From Anaerolineae bacterium (GTDB lineage: Bacteria; Chloroflexota; Anaerolineae; JADYZS01), in NCBI GenBank assembly GCA_034434975.1, contig DAOTYP010000005.1, forward strand, positions 1 through 49,413: a DNA stretch of 49,413 nt, given 5' to 3'. Made by a program: the position numbers and the translations under genes. Each line of letters starts with the position of its first letter. Position 1 is the first letter of the stretch. A model generated the notes under the pieces. It was not told where the DNA came from. It did not search any database and was given only the letters and a program-made list of their open reading frames with translations. Positions 37,196 to 44,748 of this stretch are shown here, one piece after another.

Positions 37196-38452
37196 ATGTC
37201 TGAGCGCGTCGTCGTAACCGGCATGGGAGCCATCACCCCTTTGGGGCTCAACGTGGCTGAGACCTGGGCGGCGCTCATCGCCGGCAAGTCGGGAGTGGGA
37301 CGCATCACCTTCTTCGACCCATCCCCTTTCAAAACTCAGATCGCCGCCGAGGTGAAAGGCTTTGATCCCCTCAACTACATGGATCGCAAAGAGGCGAGGC
37401 GGCTGGACCGTTTCACCCACTTCGCGCTGGCCGCGGCCAAAGAAGCCCTGGAGGATGCCCAGTTGGACCCTTCTAAAGAGGAACCGGGGCAAATCGGCGT
37501 CCTGATCGGCTCCGGCATCGGCGGCATCTACGTTATCCTCCAGCAGGTGGAGGTGATGCGCGAGAAGGGCCCCGGCCGGGTTTTCCCCTTCCTGGTTCCC
37601 GCCATGCTCACCGACACGGCGGCAGGGCAGGTCGCGATCACCTACGGCCTGCGCGGCCCCAACTTCAGCGTCTCGGCAGCCTGCGCGACGGGTGGCGTGG
37701 CCGTCGGCGAGGCATATGAGATCATCCGTCGGGGCGACGCCCAGGTGATGATCGCCGGGGGCACCGAATCGGGGATCGTGCCCCTGGCCATGGCAGGGTT
37801 TGACGCCATCGGCGCTACATCTACTAAACGCAACCACGAGCCGGAGAAGGCGTGCCGTCCCTTTGATAAAGATCGCGACGGCTTCGTCCTGGCGGAGGGC
37901 GCCGGCATCATGGTGCTGGAGAGCCTGAGCCACGCGCGGGCGCGCGGCGCGCGCATCTACGCGGAGCTCGCAGGCTACGGCAACACGGCAGACGCCTACC
38001 ACCTCACCGCCCCTACCGAGAACGGCGAGGGCGCAGCGGAGACGATGCGCCTCGCGCTACGCAAGGCCGGCATCTCGCCCAGCGAGGTAGACTACATCAA
38101 CGCACACGGTACCTCCACCATCCTCAACGACAAAAGCGAGACCGCTGCCATCAAGACGGTCTTCGGCGAGCGCGCCTACGACATCCCCATCAGCGCCACC
38201 AAGTCCATGACGGGCCATCTGGTAGGCGCGGCCGGCGCAGTAGAAGCCATCGTCAGCGTGAAAACCATTGAGACGGGCATCATCCACCCGACCATCAACT
38301 ACGAATACCCAGATCCAGAGTGCGACTTGGACTACGTGCCGAACGTCGCCCGCCGGATACCGCAAGGGGTGCGGGTCGCGCTCTCCAACTCTTTCGGCTT
38401 TGGCGGGCACAACACCTCCTTGGTTTTCCGGGCCCTGGACGGTGCAGCGTAG
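37196..38452 (+). CDS. fabF: 3-oxoacyl-ACP synthase II
   Basis: 418-aa ORF. The blocks [14 protein letters not shown] and the active-site Cys context SAACATG are present. The His-His pairs are INAHGTST and TGHLVGAAG. The C-terminus is NSFGFGGHN. Confidence 0.9.
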   Translation: MSERVVVTGMGAITPLGLNVAETWAALIAGKSGVGRITFFDPSPFKTQIAAEVKGFDPLNYMDRKEARRLDRFTHFALAAAKEALEDAQLDPSKEEPGQIGVLIGSGIGGIYVILQQVEVMREKGPGRVFPFLVPAMLTDTAAGQVAITYGLRGPNFSVSAACATGGVAVGEAYEIIRRGDAQVMIAGGTESGIVPLAMAGFDAIGATSTKRNHEPEKACRPFDKDRDGFVLAEGAGIMVLESLSHARARGARIYAELAGYGNTADAYHLTAPTENGEGAAETMRLALRKAGISPSEVDYINAHGTSTILNDKSETAAIKTVFGERAYDIPISATKSMTGHLVGAAGAVEAIVSVKTIETGIIHPTINYEYPDPECDLDYVPNVARRIPQGVRVALSNSFGFGGHNTSLVFRALDGAA

Positions 38453-38527
38453 CAACCGCGACTTTCCACCCTAGAACGCGTGGCCGCGTCGCCTTGCGAT
38501 TTCTCGTAGCGTTGATAGAGGAAAGGT

Positions 38528-39748
38528 ATGCGCTACGCTCACATCATCGGCTGGGGCAAGTACGTGCCGGAACGGGTGCTGACCAACGCCGACTTGGAGA
38601 AGATGGTCAATACGTCGGACGAGTGGATCCGCACCCGCACCGGCATCCGTGAACGGCGCATCGCGGCGAACCCCGAGGATACGACCGCGACGATGGCCGT
38701 GCGCGCGGCGCGCAAGGCGCTGAACATGGCCGGCGTGCAGCCGGGCCAGTTGGACCTCATCATCGTCGCCACCTCGTCGCCCGAACACATCTTTCCGGCC
38801 ACCGCTTGCCTGGTGCAGAACGCGTTGGGCGCCAGCAAAGCCGGCGCCTTTGACCTGAGCGCGGCCTGTTCCGGCTTCGTCTACGCCTTGGCCATGGCCC
38901 ACGCCGTCATCGCCAGCGGCCAGGCGGAATACGTGTTGGTGATCGGCTCCGAAACCCTCTCCCGCATCACCGATTGGAAGGACCGCAACACTTGCGTCCT
39001 CTTCGGCGACGGCGCAGGGGCCCTCCTCCTGCGCGCATCCGACCAGCCGGGGGGCATCCTCTCCACCGTCCTCGGCTCCGACGGCTCCGGCGGCGACCTC
39101 CTGATCGTGCCTGCGGGTGGCAGCCGCCTCCCCACCAGCCCGGAGACGGTGGCCCAAGGGATGCACTACATCAAGATGGACGGCCGCGAGGTGTTTCGCT
39201 TCGCCACGCGCGTCATGGCCAAGGCCACGCAAGAGGTGGTCGCGAAGGCCGGCCTGAAACTGCAAGATGTAAACCTGGTCATCCCTCATCAGGCCAACGA
39301 GCGCATCATCCACTCTTCCATGAGCGCGCTGAAGATGACGCCGGAAAAGGTCTTCATCAACCTGGACCGTTACGGCAATACCTCCGCCGCATCCATCCCC
39401 ATCGCGCTCTGTGAGGCTATAGAGACCGGTCGGGTGAGGCCCAACGATAACCTGGTGTTCGTCGGCTTCGGCGCGGGGTTGACCTGGGCCGCGGCCGCGG
39501 TGAAGTGGGGCGTGCCGCCGCCCGCGAAGCCGCTTTCCTGGTGGCGTCGGCTCCAGATCGCCTTGCAAGGCCCTTGGGCCTCGTTGCGCTCGTGGATGCT
39601 GCGCCTGGGACGCCGCCTCTACGCGCTCATCCCCGGCTATGCCGGCGAAAGCCTCTATCTCCCTATCAGCCGGACGCGGGAATCGCCTCCCGCCGCCCCT
39701 GCGCGCTCTGCGCCGTCGGAGGAAACCCAGCCCGGTGGCGAAGGCTAG
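38528..39748 (+). CDS. fabH: 3-oxoacyl-ACP synthase III with about 80-aa C-terminal extension
   Basis: The blocks GKYVPERVLTNADLEKMVNTSDEWIRTRTGIRERR, active-site SAACSGF, IPHQAN and NTSAASIP are present. The family normally ends at GFGAGLTWAAAAVKWG (about 39510), but the frame continues to 39748. Confidence 0.88.
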   Translation: MRYAHIIGWGKYVPERVLTNADLEKMVNTSDEWIRTRTGIRERRIAANPEDTTATMAVRAARKALNMAGVQPGQLDLIIVATSSPEHIFPATACLVQNALGASKAGAFDLSAACSGFVYALAMAHAVIASGQAEYVLVIGSETLSRITDWKDRNTCVLFGDGAGALLLRASDQPGGILSTVLGSDGSGGDLLIVPAGGSRLPTSPETVAQGMHYIKMDGREVFRFATRVMAKATQEVVAKAGLKLQDVNLVIPHQANERIIHSSMSALKMTPEKVFINLDRYGNTSAASIPIALCEAIETGRVRPNDNLVFVGFGAGLTWAAAAVKWGVPPPAKPLSWWRRLQIALQGPWASLRSWMLRLGRRLYALIPGYAGESLYLPISRTRESPPAAPARSAPSEETQPGGEG

Positions 39749-39795
39749 GCGTAAAAGCCGTTCCCTCCTCGCAGGCATTGGTGGGCTGCCGGTGG

Positions 39796-39824
39796 TTGAC
39801 CTTTGCCCGCGCGCGGTGTATAAT
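39796..39824 (+). promoter_or_regulatory. Consensus-like sigma70 promoter of the GT2 / YfhO-flippase operon
   Basis: -35 TTGACC (39796-39801), 17-nt spacer, -10 TATAAT (39819-39824). Confidence 0.65.
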
Positions 39825-39859
39825 CGCGGCGCGATGCGGGGAGGTTACACTCGCTTCTC

Positions 39860-40636
39860 ATGAGAACAACGGTGGTGGTCCCCACCTACAACGAGGCGGA
39901 GAACCTGCCGGCCCTGGTGCAGGCGTTGCTCGCGCTGCCGGTGGAGGACCTGCATGTTCTGGTGGTGGATGACGCCTCGCCGGACGGAACCGGCCAGGTG
40001 GCCGACGCCCTGAGCCGGCAAGAGCCGCAACGGGTAGAGGTGTTGCATCGGCCCGCAAAGATGGGTTTAGGCACGGCCTACATTGCAGGCTTCCGCCGGG
40101 CCTTGGCCGCCGGCGCCGATATCGTCATCCAGATGGACGCCGACTTCTCCCATTCTCCTATGGACATTCCCCGCTTGTTGGAGGCGCTGGCCACCTGCGA
40201 TGTTGCCGTCGGCTCGCGCTATGTGGCCGGCGGACGGCTGGATGAGCGCTGGAGCTGGTGGCGATTCCTCCTCAGTTGGTGGGCGAATGCCGTGTACGCG
40301 CGCCTCATCTTGGGCCTGAAAGTGCGCGATGCGACTGCCGGCTTCAAAGCCTGGCGACGCAGCGCGCTAGAAGCGATAGACCTGGACGCCATCCACTCCA
40401 ACGGTTACGTCTTTCAGGTGGAGATGGCTTACGTGGCGCAGCGGCTGGGACTGCGCGTGCAAGAGGTCCCCATCTATTTTGAAGACCGGCGCATCGGGCG
40501 ATCCAAGATGTCCGTCCCCATCAAACTGGAGGCCGCCTGGAGGGTATGGGACATTCGTCGGCGGCATCGGGAAGTCAGCCTCGGCCGCGGGCTCCCTGCC
40601 TCCAAGGCAGGCTCCGCGCCGAGCCGGTCCCTCTGA
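39860..40636 (+). CDS. Polyprenyl-phosphate glycosyltransferase (GT2; Ppm1/DPM1-like polyprenol-monophosphomannose synthase)
   Basis: 258-aa soluble GT2. The blocks [33 protein letters not shown] (DxD) and VGSRYV...GGR are present. There is no TM segment, as in DPM1/Ppm1 catalytic domains. Confidence 0.85.
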   Translation: MRTTVVVPTYNEAENLPALVQALLALPVEDLHVLVVDDASPDGTGQVADALSRQEPQRVEVLHRPAKMGLGTAYIAGFRRALAAGADIVIQMDADFSHSPMDIPRLLEALATCDVAVGSRYVAGGRLDERWSWWRFLLSWWANAVYARLILGLKVRDATAGFKAWRRSALEAIDLDAIHSNGYVFQVEMAYVAQRLGLRVQEVPIYFEDRRIGRSKMSVPIKLEAAWRVWDIRRRHREVSLGRGLPASKAGSAPSRSL

Positions 40637-40648
40637 GGCTCTTGGCCC

Positions 40649-43600
40649 TTGGCACACCGACGCAAGGCCGAACTGGCGGCTCTCCTCTTCCTGATCCTGT
40701 TGCCCCTCCTCTGGTTCGGGCCGGTCGTCGTGGGCGGGCGGACCCTCCTGCCTGCGGACAACCTGTACGCCTTTGAGCCGTGGCGCACCTACGCGCCCTC
40801 GCAGGGGATCACCATCCCCCACAACGAACTGGTGAGCGACCTCATCCTGGAGAACTACGCCTGGAAGATCCTCATCCTTCAGGCCCTTCGCGATAGACAA
40901 CTCCCCCTCTGGAATCCCTACCTGTTCGCAGGGGTTCCCTTCCTTGCCGCCGGCCAACATTCCGCGCTCTACCCCTTGAGCATCGTTTTTTACGTCCTGC
41001 CGTTATGGTTGGCCTACGGCGTCTTCACTTGGTTGCAATTGGCGCTGGCCTCGCTGGCGATGTACGCCTTCATGCGGACGCTGCGATTGGCCATCGGCCC
41101 CGCGCTCCTCGCGGCCATCGCTTACGCGTTCAGCCTCTTCTTCATCGTGAGCGTCACCTTCCCCATGATCATCGCCGCGGCGACGTGGCTGCCGCTCCTC
41201 CTGGCCGCGGTTGAGATCGTGGTGCGCAAGCAGGAAGAGAAGGGAAACGTCGCCTATTCGCCTGTGCCTTACGTCGCGCTGGGCAGCCTGGCCTTAGGGA
41301 TGGCGGCCCTCGCCGGACACGCCGAGATGCTCTACTACGTGCTCCTGACGGCGGCCTTCTACGCCCTCTGGCGTCTGGTAGCCTGCGCACGGCGCCTGCG
41401 CGCCTGGCAGCCTAGCCTGCGTCTGGTGGGGTGGCTTCTGGTCATGGTGGCTTTAGGACTGGGCCTGGGCGCGGCGCAGCTCCTGCCGCTCTACGAACTG
41501 GTGCAGGAGAACTTCCGCCAAGGCGCGGTAGGCTACAAGGAAGTGGTCGGCTGGGCTTACCCTGTGCGCCAGGTGATCACCTTCCTCATGCCCGACTTCT
41601 TCGGCAACCCCACCCACCACGCTTATTGGGATGTCCTTAGCCGCCGCAGCGTGACCCACCTTGTCAACGCAGCAGGCGAGCCGGTGCGCGCGATCTTCTG
41701 GGGCATCAAGAACTACGTAGAAGCGGGGAGCTATGTCGGGCTTCTGCCCCTTCTCTTGGCCGCGATCGCCGTCCTGGGCGCAAGCCACACGCCTTCCCGT
41801 CCGCATCTCTGGCTCTTCGTGACCCTTGCCATCCTCTCGCTCCTCTTCACCTTCGGCACGCCCCTCTACGCGCTCCTCTTCTACGGCCTGCCGGGCTACA
41901 ACCAACTCCACTCCCCCTTCCGTTGGGTCTTCCCCTATACCCTGGCCGTCGCGGCCCTCGCGGGCATGGGAGCGGAGAGGCTCTGCAGCCGATCTTCTTC
42001 TGATGATCCGCAGGCCGTGAGAGGCAAGGAGATCGCCACCTTACCGGCTTTCGCAGCCTTGGGTCTGGGCATCCTGACGCTCCTCGTCGTTGCCGTCAGC
42101 CTCGCCGTCCCTGGGCCCTTCATCCTACTGGGACAGCGCATCCTGGCCGCGGTGGACCTGGCGCGCGCGGCCTTCGCCGACGGGCGCGCCTTTTGGAGTT
42201 ACCAGGCCGTCAACCTGCTCAAGTTCGGCGGGCTGCTGAGCCTGTCGGGCGCCGCGCTGTTGTGGGCGCGGCGGCGAAGCCCCGGCACATCTCTCGGCCT
42301 GATCGCCGTCCTAGTCTTTGACCTCTGGCTCTACGGCCATGGCTTTCACGCGGCAGCCCAACCCGCCTGGCTCTCCTTCCGCCCACCTGTGGTAGATTTC
42401 TTGTTGGACGCCAGAGAGAAGGAAGGCCCTTGGCGATTCACCACCTTCATCCTCCCCGGCGAGAAGACCTTCAATGCCAACGTGGGAATGTTCTACGGCC
42501 TGGAGGACGTGCGCGGCTACGATTCCATCATCCCCCGGCCATATGTGGAGTTCATGGAACAGGTTGAGGAGCAGGACGAGCTCCTGTACAACCGCATCGC
42601 GCCCCTGTCCGACTACGCTTCGTTGGATTCGCCGCTCTTGCACCTGTTGGGTGTGCGGTACCTCTTGACCACGCAGCCCATCACCCACCCGGCCTGGACC
42701 CTCGTGTACGACCAAGAGGTGAAAGTTTACCGCAACGAGCGCGCCTTCCCGCGCGCCTTCGTCGTGCACAGCGCGCAAGTCGTGCCGACCGCCCAGATTC
42801 GCCCCAACCTGGCGGCCTTTGACCTGCAGCGAACCGTGCTCCTGGCCGACGAGAAGGCGTCCGCCCCTTACGCGCTCGGCTGCGCCGATTGTTCTCCCGC
42901 CTCGCAGCCGCTCATCCTCTCCTATCGCCCCAACGAGGTCGTCATCTCCGCCACCCTGGAGCTCCCTGGCTGGCTGGTGTTGACCGACAGCTTCTTCCCC
43001 GGCTGGCGCGCCTACGACAACGAGCGAGAAATCCCCATCCTGCGGGCCGACGGCCTCTTCCGCGCCGTGCGCCTGGAGGCAGGGCCGCACCGCATTCGCT
43101 TCCGCTACAGCCCTATGAGCGTGCGCCTCGGCTTCTACGGCAGCTTCCTGGCGGCCATGACGCTGGCGCTTTTGGCCGGCGCGTGGGCCTTGGGCAAGTT
43201 CTACCGAGAAGGCGGCGAAGAGGAGACCGTGCGCCGCGTGGCCAAGAATAGCCTAGTGCCGATGCTGGCGTCTCTGGTGAACAAAGGAATTGACTTCGCC
43301 TTTGCGCTTCTACGCCTGCGCATCCTCAACCCTGCAGGCGAAGGGAGTTACACCTTCGCCATCGTCTTCATCGGCTACTTTGAGATCCTGACGCGCTTCG
43401 GCTTGGGGACGCTCCTGACCCGCGAGGTGGCAAAGGATCGGGCCCAGGCGAACCGGTACTTCGCCAACACCGTCACCCTGCGCGCCCTCCTGTGGCTGGG
43501 CTCGCTCCCCCTCATGCTCCTGGTGGGGCTCCTGTATGCCCGCTTCGGCAGCCTGAGCCGCGACGAGGCATGGGCCATCGTTCTCTTCGCCGTCGCCCTC

Positions 43601-44713
43601 TTCTTCGCCAACGTGGCGGATGCCGTGAGCGCGGCCTTCAATGCCTACGAGAAGATGGAATATCCGGCGGGCCTTTCGGTAGGCGTGGCGCTGGGGAAAG
43701 TCGCCCTAGGCGCGCTGGTGCTCCTGTGGGGCTGGGGGTTCGTAGGGCTGGCAGGGGTGTCGGTGATCATGAACGTGGCGCAGGCGACGTGGCTTCTCCT
43801 CCTGATGCGGCGCCACCTCTTCACGCCGCGCCCGGAGAGGGATGCTGCCTTTCAGCGGGGGATGCTAGCCACGAGTTTCCCCTTGATGATCAACCATCTC
43901 CTGGCGACGGTCTTCTTCCGGGTAGATGTCCTCATCCTGAAGCCGTTAAAGGGCGAGGCGACCGTCGGGCTTTACGGCGCGGCCTACAAGTACATTGACG
44001 GGTTGAACGTCATCCCCGCCTACTTCACCCTGGCGATCTTTCCGCTCATGTCGCGCCTGGCGCAATCGGCGAGGGATTCCCTGGTGCGGGCTTACATCCT
44101 GTCGCTGCGGCTCCTCCTGATGATCAGCCTCCCCGTGGCCGTGGCGACAACCTTCCTGGCCGAGCCGCTGATCCTGATCCTGGGTGGCGCGCAGTATCTC
44201 CCGGCCAGCCGCATCGCCTTGCAAATCCTCATCTGGTCCATCCCCGTCGGCTTCATCAACAGCGTGACCCAATACGTCCTCATCGCCATTGACCAGCAGC
44301 GTTTCCTGACCCGTGCCTTCCTCATCGGCGTTACCTTCAACGTGGTGGCGAACCTCCTCCTCATCCCGCGCTACTCCTACCAGGCCGCGGCGGTGAACAC
44401 GATCCTCTCGGAGGTCGCGCTCCTCCTCCCCTTCTATTATTGCTTGCGGCGGAACCTGGGGCCCATCCCTTGGGCACACCTGGCCTGGCGGCCTGCGGCG
44501 GCGGCGAGCGCGATGGCGCTGACGATGGCCGCGTTGCGGCCGTTCTCCTCGCTCGTGGCGTTCATGGCGGGGATGATCGTTTATCCGGTGGGGTTGGTGG
44601 CCGTAGGCGCTTTTCGCGACGCCGATGTGGCGGCCATCGTGACCAAACTGATGCCCGTCGCCAGGCTCCGCGCGCTGTTGGCTACGGTCCGCGCCGCGCT
44701 AAGGCAAGCGTGA
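40649..44713 (+). CDS. Fusion membrane protein: N-terminal YfhO-type GT-C glycosyltransferase + C-terminal MOP-superfamily (Wzx-like) polysaccharide flippase
   Basis: 1354-aa uninterrupted ORF with a TTG start 12 nt after the GT2 stop. YfhO blocks are present: GRTLLPADNLYAFEPW, LPLWNPYLFAGVPFLA and the C-terminal FFPGWRAYDNEREIPILRADGLFRAVRLEAGPHRIRFRYSP. From about 43230 it is a 12-14-TM flippase (RRVAKNSLVPMLASLVNKGIDFAF...LLTREVAKD...). No stop or frame change occurs at the junction (about 43200). Confidence 0.8.
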   Translation: MAHRRKAELAALLFLILLPLLWFGPVVVGGRTLLPADNLYAFEPWRTYAPSQGITIPHNELVSDLILENYAWKILILQALRDRQLPLWNPYLFAGVPFLAAGQHSALYPLSIVFYVLPLWLAYGVFTWLQLALASLAMYAFMRTLRLAIGPALLAAIAYAFSLFFIVSVTFPMIIAAATWLPLLLAAVEIVVRKQEEKGNVAYSPVPYVALGSLALGMAALAGHAEMLYYVLLTAAFYALWRLVACARRLRAWQPSLRLVGWLLVMVALGLGLGAAQLLPLYELVQENFRQGAVGYKEVVGWAYPVRQVITFLMPDFFGNPTHHAYWDVLSRRSVTHLVNAAGEPVRAIFWGIKNYVEAGSYVGLLPLLLAAIAVLGASHTPSRPHLWLFVTLAILSLLFTFGTPLYALLFYGLPGYNQLHSPFRWVFPYTLAVAALAGMGAERLCSRSSSDDPQAVRGKEIATLPAFAALGLGILTLLVVAVSLAVPGPFILLGQRILAAVDLARAAFADGRAFWSYQAVNLLKFGGLLSLSGAALLWARRRSPGTSLGLIAVLVFDLWLYGHGFHAAAQPAWLSFRPPVVDFLLDAREKEGPWRFTTFILPGEKTFNANVGMFYGLEDVRGYDSIIPRPYVEFMEQVEEQDELLYNRIAPLSDYASLDSPLLHLLGVRYLLTTQPITHPAWTLVYDQEVKVYRNERAFPRAFVVHSAQVVPTAQIRPNLAAFDLQRTVLLADEKASAPYALGCADCSPASQPLILSYRPNEVVISATLELPGWLVLTDSFFPGWRAYDNEREIPILRADGLFRAVRLEAGPHRIRFRYSPMSVRLGFYGSFLAAMTLALLAGAWALGKFYREGGEEETVRRVAKNSLVPMLASLVNKGIDFAFALLRLRILNPAGEGSYTFAIVFIGYFEILTRFGLGTLLTREVAKDRAQANRYFANTVTLRALLWLGSLPLMLLVGLLYARFGSLSRDEAWAIVLFAVALFFANVADAVSAAFNAYEKMEYPAGLSVGVALGKVALGALVLLWGWGFVGLAGVSVIMNVAQATWLLLLMRRHLFTPRPERDAAFQRGMLATSFPLMINHLLATVFFRVDVLILKPLKGEATVGLYGAAYKYIDGLNVIPAYFTLAIFPLMSRLAQSARDSLVRAYILSLRLLLMISLPVAVATTFLAEPLILILGGAQYLPASRIALQILIWSIPVGFINSVTQYVLIAIDQQRFLTRAFLIGVTFNVVANLLLIPRYSYQAAAVNTILSEVALLLPFYYCLRRNLGPIPWAHLAWRPAAAASAMALTMAALRPFSSLVAFMAGMIVYPVGLVAVGAFRDADVAAIVTKLMPVARLRALLATVRAALRQA

Positions 44714-44748
44714 GGACGCTTGAGCACACCTCGCCCGCCAGGCCCCTT

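Noticed and set aside
38471-39778. 435-aa ORF antisense to fabH.
   Set aside because: It is a shadow ORF of a clearly identified FabH and has no recognisable domain.
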